Source: a bacterium (GTDB lineage Bacteria; Patescibacteriota; Minisyncoccia; UBA6257; 2-01-FULL-56-20). Taken from it: a stretch of 38,644 bases of DNA. The position numbers were made by a program, and so were the translations under genes. Under the pieces are notes generated by a model that saw nothing but the letters and a program-made list of their open reading frames with translations, had not been told where the DNA came from and made no database searches. The stretch covers positions 1 to 38,644 of the forward strand of contig DAICZW010000003.1 in NCBI GenBank assembly GCA_027310965.1. The letters run 5' to 3'. Numbering within the stretch: position 1 is the stretch's first letter; every line of letters begins with the position of its first letter. Positions 16,214-24,780 of the stretch are shown here, one piece after another.

Positions 16214-16822
16214 TTATTGCCCCAGTATCCCGCTCAGTTCCGCATCGTAAAGCATCGCTTCGTTGATAAGGCGGTAGTCGATTAATTCTTTGGGCGTAAA
16301 CCACAGCGCAATCTCTTTTTCCGCGTCGTCCTGCGAACCGGATGCATGGATGAGGTTCCGCACCGCGCGGCCGTCGATATCCGACACTTCATACGAATCG
16401 ATCGTGAAGTCGCCGCGGATGGTTCCCATGCTCGACGTCAAGGGTTCCGTGCCGCCCGTGATCTTGCGTACGATCCCCACCGCGTGCATCCCCTGCCACA
16501 CCATGGCGACCACCGGCCCCTTCGTCATGTATTTTTTGAGATTGCCCAAAATGATTTCCGTGATCACAAGCGGATCCTCGGACGGGGGCTTTGCGCCTTT
16601 TTTCTTATAGGACTCGATGGTCTTGAGCCCGGTCTTCATACGCCATTCGGGATCGATAAGATAATGTTGCTCGATAAGTTCCACGGTCGGCACCGTCATC
16701 TTGATCCCGACCAGCTTCAACCCGCTCTGCTCGTACCGCTTGACGATCTCGCCGATCAGGCTGCGCTGGATGCCGTCAGGCTTTATCATAACCAATGTCC
16801 GTTCGTATTTTTGATGTTCCAT
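16214..16822 (-). CDS. ndk: nucleoside-diphosphate kinase (long form with internal insertion)
   Basis: Motifs ERTLVMIKPDG, GPVVAMVWQG and NLIHASGS. It is 202 aa, against the usual ~140-150 aa. Confidence 0.85.
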   Translation of the reverse strand: MEHQKYERTLVMIKPDGIQRSLIGEIVKRYEQSGLKLVGIKMTVPTVELIEQHYLIDPEWRMKTGLKTIESYKKKGAKPPSEDPLVITEIILGNLKKYMTKGPVVAMVWQGMHAVGIVRKITGGTEPLTSSMGTIRGDFTIDSYEVSDIDGRAVRNLIHASGSQDDAEKEIALWFTPKELIDYRLINEAMLYDAELSGILGQ

Positions 16823-16907
16823 ATTTTTATAAATTTATTTTTATTTTTTTAAGAGTACGGTGTCCGCCGGAGATCGCCTCGACCAGATCAGAAGCGGAGA
16901 TTGCTTT

Positions 16908-18317
16908 TTATAATTGCTTTTTGATCTCTATTCCCAGTTCCTCGAGCTGTTTTTTGTCCACTTCGCCCGGCGCATCCATCATAAGATCGCGACCGTCGCC
17001 TGTTTTCGGAAATGCAATCACCTCGCGGATGTTCGGCTCGTTTTGAAGCAGCGATACCAGCCGATCCAATCCCCAGGCGATGCCGCCATGCGGAGGCGCA
17101 CCGTATCCCAAAGCATCGAGGATATGCCCGAAATTTTTCCGGATACTTTCCTTTTCAAATCCCATGATTTCAAAAACCGCCTCCAATGCTTCGGGCCGGT
17201 GGTTGCGGATGCTCCCGCCGCCGATCTCCGTGCCGTTCATCGCGATGTCATATTGCGCGGATAAAATTTCAGGGATATTTTTCTTTGCAAGCAGGTCATC
17301 CATAAATTCCGGTTTCGGCGCGGAGAACGGATTGTGCGTGAACGTCCATTCTTTCGCCGAAGCTTCGGATCGCGCGGTATTCGTTTCCGTTTTTTCGAAA
17401 AACGGGAAATCCACAACCCAGCAAAACGCGAGAAGATTTTCATCGTTCTTATCTTTCCGCATATCCGGACGGTCGGTGCCGTATTTTTCCATCGCATCTT
17501 TGTAGGTGATGCGCGGAAACGGAATCTCCTGTATTTTTTTACGGGGCGCGGCAGTTGCGACAAGCGCGATCAAAAGTTCTTCGTTTAATGCCATAACCTC
17601 TTCCTGATCGACAAAGCTCATTTCCATGTCGAGCTGCGTAAACTCCGGCTGGCGGTCGCCGCGCGTGTCCTCGTCGCGGAAACAGCGCGCGATCTGGAAA
17701 TATTTTTCGACGCCGGCGACCATCAAAAGCTGCTTGTACTGCTGGGGCGATTGCGGAAGCGCGTAAAAACTTCCCTTCTGGATGCGCGACGGCACGAGAT
17801 AATCGCGCGCGCCCTCGGGCGTCGACTTCGAAAGATTCGGCGTTTCAACTTCGATGAAACCGCGCTCCGAAAGAAAATCTCTTATGAATTTTATTGCGTC
17901 ATGGCGGGCGATGAGATTGTCTTTCATCCGGCTGCGGCGCAAATCCAGATAGCGGTACTTCAGCCGCGCCTCTTCGTTGATGTCGTATCCGTCGCCGAGG
18001 ATAGGCAAAGGCATCTCACCGGTACGGTTCAGGATCGTAAGCTCCGTCGCTCCGACTTCGTACGCGCCGGTCGGAATTTTATCGTTCACCATGCTCGGCG
18101 GGCGTTTTTTCACCCCGCCTTTTATTTTCACCACATACTCAAGCCGCAGTTCGGACGCGTGCGCGACGTCCGGCCCGAAAACCACCTGCGTAAATCCGCT
18201 CCGGTCGCGGAGATCGATAAAAACCAGTTTCCCGTGATCGCGCCGCGCCTGCACCCAGCCGCACAGCTCGACCTCTTTGCCGTCATTTTTTATAATATCT
18301 CCGATAAGCGTTCTCAT
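16908..18317 (-). CDS. aspS: aspartate--tRNA ligase, bacterial-type core without the GAD insertion
   Basis: Motifs FRDEDTRGDRQPEFTQLDMEMSF and GGIAWGLDRL. Start taken at ATG 18315-18317 (MRTLIGDI...); the track's upstream GTG start lies inside the repeat element. Confidence 0.9.
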   Translation of the reverse strand: MRTLIGDIIKNDGKEVELCGWVQARRDHGKLVFIDLRDRSGFTQVVFGPDVAHASELRLEYVVKIKGGVKKRPPSMVNDKIPTGAYEVGATELTILNRTGEMPLPILGDGYDINEEARLKYRYLDLRRSRMKDNLIARHDAIKFIRDFLSERGFIEVETPNLSKSTPEGARDYLVPSRIQKGSFYALPQSPQQYKQLLMVAGVEKYFQIARCFRDEDTRGDRQPEFTQLDMEMSFVDQEEVMALNEELLIALVATAAPRKKIQEIPFPRITYKDAMEKYGTDRPDMRKDKNDENLLAFCWVVDFPFFEKTETNTARSEASAKEWTFTHNPFSAPKPEFMDDLLAKKNIPEILSAQYDIAMNGTEIGGGSIRNHRPEALEAVFEIMGFEKESIRKNFGHILDALGYGAPPHGGIAWGLDRLVSLLQNEPNIREVIAFPKTGDGRDLMMDAPGEVDKKQLEELGIEIKKQL

Positions 18318-18323
18318 GACAAT

Positions 18324-18329
18324 TTTATA
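18324..18329 (-). promoter_or_regulatory. -10-like TATAAA, 6 nt before the aspS start, straddling the terminus of element copy B
   Basis: The minus strand reads GTCCTATAAA-attgtc-ATG. Confidence 0.3.
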
Positions 18330-18492
18330 GGACTTACGCACTTGTGCCGAGTACGAGGCATTTTCCGATTATTTTCCGAGACGTAGTCCGACTACGGCGA
18401 TGAAAATAACCGGAAAATAACGAAGGAATCGGCCAAGCCGTTTCGGTTTGATATATTTTCTTATGATTTTTTTTCAAATGCGTATGTCCTAT
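18327..18492 (-). repeat. ~170-nt terminally inverted element, copy B (inverted relative to A and C)
   Basis: ATAGGACTTACGCAC ... GCGTATGTCCTAT. Its reverse complement aligns with copies A and C. It fills the aspS-mgtC divergent spacer. Confidence 0.8.
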
Positions 18493-18517
18493 GGTATTAT
18501 GGTATCATACTATTACA

Positions 18518-19000
18518 ATGCTCACCTTTTCACAAATGATGATCCGGTTCGCGGTCGCGCTCGTTCTCGGCGCGCTCTTGGGTCTTGAACGCGAGCTCGT
18601 CGGCAAAGAAGCCGGCATCCGCACCGAAATGCTCGTCGCGGGCGGCGCAACAATTTTCACAATGGTCGGCCTCATACTTCCTTATATCGTCTCCGTAAAT
18701 ACCGGCAATACCGCCGACGTCATTGCCAGAAACAGCGGGTTTCTTCAGGTTATCGCGAATATCGTCGTCGGTATCGGATTCCTCGGCGCGGGGCTCATCA
18801 TTAAAACCGACAACCGGTCACGCGGCATCACGACCGCCGCGCTCGTCTGGACGACGGCCGCCATAGGCGTCCTTATTGGCATCGGCATGATAACTTTCGG
18901 CATAGTCGCCGCCGTAATCATAACCGGACTGCTTTACCTGCTCCGCGGATTGGACATTGCGAAAGAAGCGGAAGAAATGGCGCGCGAAAACGCCCGTTGA
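18518..19000 (+). CDS. mgtC: MgtC/SapB-family membrane protein
   Basis: ALVLGALLGLERELVGKEAGIRT signature with 4-5 TM helices. Start at ATG 18518, because the track start lies in the repeat. Confidence 0.75.
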   Translation: MLTFSQMMIRFAVALVLGALLGLERELVGKEAGIRTEMLVAGGATIFTMVGLILPYIVSVNTGNTADVIARNSGFLQVIANIVVGIGFLGAGLIIKTDNRSRGITTAALVWTTAAIGVLIGIGMITFGIVAAVIITGLLYLLRGLDIAKEAEEMARENAR

Positions 19001-19107
19001 AAAACGCGCCAGGTGGCCGCAAGCGTCCTTGTTTCATTAAACCATCCCTGATGGACCGGCCGGAATTCCTGCTTTTATAAAAACTGTTTTCGAGGCGGGT
19101 TCTATAC

Positions 19108-19113
19108 TATAAT
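19108..19113 (+). promoter_or_regulatory. consensus -10 TATAAT, 6 nt before ATG 19120 (leaderless geometry)
   Basis: TATAAT-agagca-ATG. Confidence 0.4.
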
Positions 19114-19119
19114 AGAGCA

Positions 19120-19413
19120 ATGCCCACCAAGTCCGAAAAATATATAAAAACATTGCGGCAGCGGGCGAAAGAATCCCATATCTATCGGAAATATCAGATG
19201 ACCGGCCTCATGGTCGCCGAAATCCTGGGAGATAAAAGCCATACATCGCTCTATATAAAGCTTGCAAAGGAAAAAGACGAAGGAAAACTGCTGCAGCTCG
19301 CAAAAAACGTCGCGGAACGGAAGGATGTGAAAAATAAAGGGGCATATTTTATGTACTGCCTCGCGCGCCAGGGACCCGCGCCGAAAAAACGGATCGTCAA
19401 AAAGAATGAATAA
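19120..19413 (+). CDS. small basic hypothetical protein (97 aa)
   Basis: The ORF overlaps the def start by 8 nt (operon-like). It is Lys/Arg rich, and I recognise no family. Preferred over the antisense 135-aa ORF. Confidence 0.5.
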   Translation: MPTKSEKYIKTLRQRAKESHIYRKYQMTGLMVAEILGDKSHTSLYIKLAKEKDEGKLLQLAKNVAERKDVKNKGAYFMYCLARQGPAPKKRIVKKNE

Positions 19414-19906
19414 TAAAATTCTTCTCATTGAAAACAAAGACGAAGGGAGGGTGCTAAGGAAAAAACCGGCGGATTTTGATTTCAAAAAATGGAAGAAAAG
19501 CGAAATCACGGCGCTCCTCGCGAAAATGAAGCGGATTATGCGCGCAGCGAACGGCGTCGGCCTTTCCGCGAACCAGATCGGACTTGACCTACGGATGTTC
19601 GTCGCCGAAGTGCCGGATCCGCAAGGCGGAACGAAATTCTATGCGGTATTCAATCCGAAAATCGAAAAGACGGGCGGTGCAACGATCGATTTCGAAGAAG
19701 GATGTCTGAGCGTCCCCGGAAAATGGGGCGACGTGGAACGGCCGGAGAAAATAATCGTGAGCGGCCAGGATAGGAACGGCAAAGCGGTAAAAATAAAAGC
19801 GTGGGGATTCCTTGCGCGCGTGTTCCAGCACGAGATCGACCATCTTGAAGGGAAACTTTTCATAGACCGAACGAAGAAAGTGCATGAAGCGGCGCCGAAA
19901 AAATAA
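19406..19906 (+). CDS. def: peptide deformylase
   Basis: Motifs GVGLSANQIG, EGCLSVPG and HEIDHL. Confidence 0.95.
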   Translation: MNNKILLIENKDEGRVLRKKPADFDFKKWKKSEITALLAKMKRIMRAANGVGLSANQIGLDLRMFVAEVPDPQGGTKFYAVFNPKIEKTGGATIDFEEGCLSVPGKWGDVERPEKIIVSGQDRNGKAVKIKAWGFLARVFQHEIDHLEGKLFIDRTKKVHEAAPKK

Positions 19907-20002
19907 TGCTTAAATGTTGTAATGTTTTGTAATGTTATAGCGTTGTAATGAAAATTCATCGCACTATTAAAGACACTCCGACACTATAAAACGCATCGCA
20001 CT
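19907..20002 (+). repeat. IG-1 spacer element, copy e (plus-strand orientation)
   Basis: After the def stop: AATGTTGTAATGTTTTGTAATGTTATAGCGTTGTAATG. Before the fmt ATG: GACACTCCGACACTATAAAACGCATCGCACT. Confidence 0.7.
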
Positions 20003-20869
20003 ATGAACTACATTTTTTTTGGAACACCGCGGTTCGCGGAAATTGTTTTGGACGCTCTTATCCGCGCGGATATGCCGCCCGTTGCGCTCGTCTGCAATCC
20101 CGACCGCCCCGTCGGACGGAAAAAAATCGTGACGGCGCCGGAAACGAAAAAAAGAATACAGGACGCAAACCGCAGCGGCGCGAAAAGCAAGATCGAGATC
20201 CTTCAGCCGGAAAAAATCGGCGATGATTTCATGAACCAGCTTCGTGGCCTGCATCCCGATTTTTTTGTCGTCGCGGCATACGCAAAAATATTGCCGAAAG
20301 CGGCGCTTGATATCCCAAAAATGGGAACACTCGGCGTCCATCCGTCGCTCCTGCCGAAATACCGCGGCGCATCCCCCATCCAGTCGGCGATCCTCGGCGG
20401 CGAAAAAGAAACCGGCGTTACCATTTACCGGATGGATGAAAAAACCGACCATGGGGAAATTTTAGCCGCGCGCCGCATACCGCTCGCTTCCGGAGAAACT
20501 TATCTGCAGCTTGAAAAAGAGCTGGCAAAACTCGGCGGAAAATTGCTCGTTGAAATGATGCCGAAATTCATAAACGGCGAAATGAAAAGTATCCCGCAAG
20601 ATGAAAACACGGCGATAGTCACGAAAAAATTCCAAACTCAAGACGGATTCGTCACGCCGGAAGATTTAAAGGATGCCGAGAACGGCGATGCTCAAAAAAC
20701 CGATGTGCTATTCCGGAAGATCCGCGCCCTCAATCCCGAACCGGGCGTCTGGACCATGCAAAACGGCAAACGGGTAAAATTGCTTGAGGCGGAAATTGAA
20801 AACGGCGCATTGCATCTCACCACAACCCAGCGCGAAGGCGAAAAGGCGAAAACAAATCGAAACCGTTAG
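20003..20869 (+). CDS. fmt: methionyl-tRNA formyltransferase
   Basis: Motifs IFFGTP, VVAAYAKILP and HPSLLPKYRGASPIQ. Confidence 0.9.
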   Translation: MNYIFFGTPRFAEIVLDALIRADMPPVALVCNPDRPVGRKKIVTAPETKKRIQDANRSGAKSKIEILQPEKIGDDFMNQLRGLHPDFFVVAAYAKILPKAALDIPKMGTLGVHPSLLPKYRGASPIQSAILGGEKETGVTIYRMDEKTDHGEILAARRIPLASGETYLQLEKELAKLGGKLLVEMMPKFINGEMKSIPQDENTAIVTKKFQTQDGFVTPEDLKDAENGDAQKTDVLFRKIRALNPEPGVWTMQNGKRVKLLEAEIENGALHLTTTQREGEKAKTNRNR

Positions 20870-20890
20870 AAAACCTTAAAACAGTATTTT

Positions 20891-20920
20891 CTGTCATCCT
20901 CGCGGAGGCGAGGATCCATG
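20891..20920 (+). repeat. REP-like short hairpin element
   Basis: CTGTC-ATCCTCGC-ggag-GCGAGGAT-CCATG. Confidence 0.65.
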
Positions 20921-20992
20921 CTTTGAAAAAAAACTGGGATATGTCATCGTCCGTCACTGCCGACAATGACAGCAAAAAATTCTCTAAAACAT

Positions 20993-21022
20993 AAAACGAC
21001 CACTAAAGCGGTCGTTTTGTAT
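20993..21022. terminator. bidirectional intrinsic terminator between convergent fmt and sod
   Basis: Stem AAAACGACC/GGTCGTTTT with an 8-nt loop and A/T runs on both sides. Confidence 0.55.
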
Positions 21023-21132
21023 GACAAGCGGAATTTCCGACCCGTCGTTACGCGGATCATCACCTTGCCCAAGGCTAATCCCTATAAAACGCAAAGTCAA
21101 ATCTAATTTAATAATCTTTTAATCTGCTATTT

Positions 21133-21738
21133 TCATAGATTTTTTTCCGCCGCGGTCCAATCAACGACATGCCACCATGCAGCGATGAAATCCGGCCGGC
21201 GGTTCTGATAATTCAGATAGTAGGCATGCTCCCAGACATCAATTACTAAAATAGGCTTTTGATTTTTCGAGATCGGACTTTCCTGGTTCGGCGTCGTAAC
21301 GATTGAAAGTTTTCCGTTATCATTGATAACCCATGCCCAGCCGGAACCGAAAACGCCGGCAGCGGCTTTCGAAAACATATCCTTGAATTTCACGAAATCG
21401 CCGAACGAGGCATTGATGGCATCGGCGATTTTTCCCTGCGGCTCCCCTCCGCCGCCGTCTTTTGGCGATCGCATGCACGTCCAGAAAAAAGAATGATTAA
21501 AATGCCCGCCGCCGTGGTTTCTGACCGCCGTCTGGATATCTTCCGGCAGCGCGTCCAGCGACTGCAATAATTTCTCGATCGGCATATCCGGCAGTTGCGG
21601 ATATTTTTCCAATGCGGCGTTCAGGTTGTTCACGTACGCCTGATGGTGCTTGCCATAATGGATCTCCATCGTCCCCGCGTCAAGATACGGTTCTAATGCA
21701 TCATATCCGTACTGCAGCTGCGGCAACTCGAATTTCAT
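21133..21738 (-). CDS. sod: Fe/Mn superoxide dismutase
   Basis: Motifs [32 protein letters not shown] and DVWEHAYYL. Start at ATG 21736-21738. Confidence 0.9.
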   Translation of the reverse strand: MKFELPQLQYGYDALEPYLDAGTMEIHYGKHHQAYVNNLNAALEKYPQLPDMPIEKLLQSLDALPEDIQTAVRNHGGGHFNHSFFWTCMRSPKDGGGGEPQGKIADAINASFGDFVKFKDMFSKAAAGVFGSGWAWVINDNGKLSIVTTPNQESPISKNQKPILVIDVWEHAYYLNYQNRRPDFIAAWWHVVDWTAAEKNL

Positions 21739-21912
21739 ATTTTTATTATTATGTTTATTCACCTCTGCCGCAAATGGAACATCTATCATTTACAAAGGAG
21801 CTGAAAAAATCCCCCTTTTCCGAAAATGAATGATTAATGTGCAGTTTTTATGATCTTTTCACTATCCTTTTTCTCCTATATATTATAACATAGAGCGATC
21901 ACAAAACATCCT

Positions 21913-21983
21913 TGGGGGATCGTCTAATGGTAGGACAGCGGCCTTTGAAGCCGTGAATCTAGGTCCGACTCCTAGTCCCCCAG
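21913..21983 (+). tRNA. tRNA-Gln (anticodon TTG)
   Basis: TGGGGGA-TC-GTCT-AATGGTA-GGAC-A-GCGGC-CTTTGAA-GCCGT-GAAT-CTAGG-TCCGACT-CCTAG-TCCCCCA-G. It has the U1-A72 pair typical of tRNA-Gln. No CCA is encoded. Confidence 0.85.
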
Positions 21984-22349
21984 CATTGTGTTCAAATCGC
22001 CGTTTTTAGGTGCTTTTGCGATCACATCAAACGGCGTTTTATACTGTATTTGCGCTACTAATTTGTTCTCAAGCGAAAGGTTCCAAAGTAGAAATACCCT
22101 ACTTCTTTTCCGTCTCCCTGATCGGATGTGCGCGGCTTTAAAAGTAAATATAGAAGTTCGGAGTTCTCCGTCTATAAAAGACAATTATGTTCTTTGCTTC
22201 AGTTGGAAGGAGGTTTATCTCGCTAAGTCCGTCATCAAATATTTTCCTTTTTCTATGCGTGAGGCGCAATAAACCATATAAAATGGATATTATTCCATCA
22301 CTGGGATATAAAATCTGGCCGCCGAGTATACGTCGGCGCTATAATGCGC

Positions 22350-22355
22350 TATAAT
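22350..22355 (+). promoter_or_regulatory. TATAAT, 6 nt before ATG 22362 (one of three overlapping TATAAT boxes at 22340-22360)
   Basis: GCTATAATGCGCTATAATATAATC-ATG. Confidence 0.35.
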
Positions 22356-22361
22356 ATAATC

Positions 22362-22829
22362 ATGAACGCCATCGTAATTTTCATCGCCCAATATCTTTAT
22401 CTTTTCGTGCTTTTGATCGGCGCAGTCTTCTTTTTTATCCAACCGAGGAATATCCAGAAGAGTATGGCCGTCTGCGGCGTTATCATCGCGCCGCTTGCGT
22501 ATGTCCTTTCAAGGATCGGCGGGCTTCTGTATTACGACCCGCGCCCCTTCGTTGTCGGACACTTCATCCCGCTCATCGCCCACGCGGCGGATAACGGTTT
22601 CCCGTCGGATCATGTGCTGCTCACGGGAGCCGTGGCGATGGTCGTCTGGTTTTACAGCAGGAAACTGAGCGCGATCCTCTGGGTGCTTGCCTTTGCGATC
22701 GGCGGCGCGAGAGTGTACAGCGGCGTCCATCATGTTGCGGATATTGCGGGAAGCGTCATCTTCGTCCTCATCGCCGGAATAATATATTATTTCGCGGCGG
22801 GGAACCGGTCAAAAACCATCATCCAATGA
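22362..22829 (+). CDS. PAP2-family lipid phosphatase
   Basis: YYDPRPF, FPSDH and ARVYSGVHHVADI form the three PAP2 motifs. An alternative start is at 22344. Confidence 0.8.
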   Translation: MNAIVIFIAQYLYLFVLLIGAVFFFIQPRNIQKSMAVCGVIIAPLAYVLSRIGGLLYYDPRPFVVGHFIPLIAHAADNGFPSDHVLLTGAVAMVVWFYSRKLSAILWVLAFAIGGARVYSGVHHVADIAGSVIFVLIAGIIYYFAAGNRSKTIIQ

Positions 22830-23314
22830 AAGAAAAAACATGGCGCGAACTATTCGATCTCGGCATCCTTCTGAAAGGAATTGACGGCACTCTGGAACTG
22901 ATGGGCGGTATCGCGCTCCTTATTGTTTCACCCGCCGCCCTTAATGCCATAATCCTCTTTTTCATAGGAGGAGAATTAAGCGAAGACCCGAAAGATTTCC
23001 TGGCTAATCTTTTTTTGCATACCGCGCAAAGCGTCATCCAGACCCGGACCTTCGCGGGCGTCATCCTTATCGTGCACGGCGCCGTGAAAATATTTCTCGT
23101 CGCCGCATTGTTGCGCAACAAGCTTTGGGCATATCCCGCCTCCATTATAATTTTCGGAGGTTTCGTGCTTTACCAATCTTACCAATTGAGCCGCGGTTCC
23201 TCGTTGTTTCTCTGGATCGTTACGATCGTCGATATTGCGGTGATCGGGCTTATCATCCATGAATACCGGTATATAAGAAAACGCGCGGCGCTCAATACGG
23301 GAAGCGGCCTATAA
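22826..23314 (+). CDS. DUF2127-family membrane protein
   Basis: Motifs LLKGIDGTLELMGGIALL, ELSEDPKDFL and LWAYP..YQSYQL. There is a 4-nt ATGA overlap with the PAP2 gene. Confidence 0.65.
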   Translation: MKEKTWRELFDLGILLKGIDGTLELMGGIALLIVSPAALNAIILFFIGGELSEDPKDFLANLFLHTAQSVIQTRTFAGVILIVHGAVKIFLVAALLRNKLWAYPASIIIFGGFVLYQSYQLSRGSSLFLWIVTIVDIAVIGLIIHEYRYIRKRAALNTGSGL

Positions 23315-23392
23315 ATATGTTTCGGATAAAATCCCCTGCCGAGAACCCGTACTTGAAATAGAAGCTATTCCCGGTTAGGATAATATTTTCTC

Positions 23393-24685
23393 ATGATCAA
23401 AAACGACATACGCCATATTATCGGGTTTTTCGCGCTCCGCGCGGCGCTCATCGTTGCCGTATTCGTTGCCGCCGCAACTGTACGGAGCTCCCCCGTCGCC
23501 CACGCAACTGCCACGACGACGACGGCAACGAGCAGTAGCTCGCTGCAGCAGCAGATTGACGCGAACAATCAGCAAATCACCAGCCTCAACCAGCAGATCG
23601 CGACGTATCAGGCAGAGCTTCAGCAAGTCGGCGCGGATAAAAAAACCCTCAAGGCCGCCATCAATACACTCGATCTGCAGCGCAATAAAGTGGAAGCGCA
23701 GGTCGCCGTTACACAGCACGAGATCAATGCCACCCAGCTGCAGATTCAACAGCTGGGCGGAGCGATCACGGACACGCAGCAGACGGTCGCGACCGATCAG
23801 GTGGCGCTCGGCGAAAACCTCCGTAGCCTTCAAAAGGCAAATGATCAGCCGCTCTTAATGCAGCTGCTCTCGTCGGGCACCATCGTCCAAGTATGGGAAA
23901 GCATCAACGCAACCTTGCAAGTGCAGCACGGCGTCCAAAATGATATGCAGGCACTGCAGACGCAGGAAAGCAATCTTGCCGATTCGCGCGCGGCGTCGCA
24001 ACAGAAACAACAAACGCTTGCGGCGCAAAAACAGTCGCTTGCGGCGCAGCAGCAATCGCTCGCCGCCACGGTGCAATCCAAAGGCCAGCTGCTGACCGAG
24101 ACAAACGCAAAAGAATCGGTTTACGAAAAACTGCTCGCCGCCGCGGAAGCGGAACTTAAAAGTTTCTCCACATTCGCTGAGAATGCCGGCGGTTCAAAAC
24201 TTCTCGCGAACCAGACCAACTGCGACGCATGGGGCTGCTATTATAACCAGCGCGACGCGCTATGGGGCAACGAAGCGCTGAACGGAACGCGCTACAATCT
24301 CGCAAGCGACGGCTGTCTCGTCACATCCATGGCGATGGTGATGACGCATTACGGCTATCGCGACGTGACGCCCGCGACCATCAACGCAAACCCGGGCAAT
24401 TTCGCGGCATATTATCCGGCATACCTTTTAATCACCATTAATGTCGACGGCGTAACCGCCACGCGCAAAGCGGCAACCATCGATGCAACGCTTGCAAGCG
24501 GCAATCCGGTGATCGTCGGCCTCAGGGCTTACGGCGGCACGCACTATGTCGTCCTTGTAAGCGGAAGGAGGGGCAATTACCTCATGCGCGATCCCTACAT
24601 TCTCAACGGCAACGACATCAGTTTTTCCGCCCACTATTCGCTGAGGAATATTTTCGGCATCGCGAAAGTCGTAATCAATAAATAA
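23393..24685 (+). CDS. secreted coiled-coil protein with C-terminal C39-like cysteine peptidase domain (PcsB-like architecture)
   Basis: A signal/anchor is followed by ~230 aa of Q/L-rich coiled coil, then DGCLVTSMAMV (Cys) ... GGTHYVVLVSG (His). Confidence 0.65.
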   Translation: MIKNDIRHIIGFFALRAALIVAVFVAAATVRSSPVAHATATTTTATSSSSLQQQIDANNQQITSLNQQIATYQAELQQVGADKKTLKAAINTLDLQRNKVEAQVAVTQHEINATQLQIQQLGGAITDTQQTVATDQVALGENLRSLQKANDQPLLMQLLSSGTIVQVWESINATLQVQHGVQNDMQALQTQESNLADSRAASQQKQQTLAAQKQSLAAQQQSLAATVQSKGQLLTETNAKESVYEKLLAAAEAELKSFSTFAENAGGSKLLANQTNCDAWGCYYNQRDALWGNEALNGTRYNLASDGCLVTSMAMVMTHYGYRDVTPATINANPGNFAAYYPAYLLITINVDGVTATRKAATIDATLASGNPVIVGLRAYGGTHYVVLVSGRRGNYLMRDPYILNGNDISFSAHYSLRNIFGIAKVVINK

Positions 24686-24780
24686 TGTCCGCCGAAAATC
24701 CCATCAAGGCTCATCGGTAAAAACAAAATTCGCATTGCTCCCCCTGCGGCCCTCACGAATGCGAGGACGACAGAAGAAAG

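Noticed and set aside
18318-18341. ORF-track N-terminal extensions running into repeats: aspS 18318-18341, tig 29553-29597, pilB 34094-34150, pilN 35887-35946, GGDEF 2582-2716 and mgtC 18491-18517
   Set aside because: The extensions are encoded by IG-1 or 170-nt repeat sequence, or overlap the neighbouring gene. They add residues absent from the protein families. Internal ATGs give family-typical N-termini.
18327-18492. T-box riboswitch or other known aaRS leader upstream of aspS
   Set aside because: There is no T-box consensus (AATTAGGGTGGTACCGCG-like) and no specifier-loop architecture. The same element also precedes tig and lies next to a surface-protein gene. I also considered 6S RNA (a long imperfect hairpin), but three copies and terminal inverted repeats argue against it.
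19102-19509. 135-aa minus-strand ORF overlapping the 97-aa ORF and the def start
   Set aside because: It is antisense to def. The plus-strand 97-aa ORF has a consensus TATAAT at leaderless distance and an operon-type overlap with def.
21972-22184. Calling the 70-aa ORF next to tRNA-Gln an integrase/transposase pseudogene
   Set aside because: The resemblance is limited to a YKTP-like tetrapeptide context. The ORF uses a TTG start and overlaps the tRNA. I kept it only as a low-interest observation about the region, not as an annotated feature.
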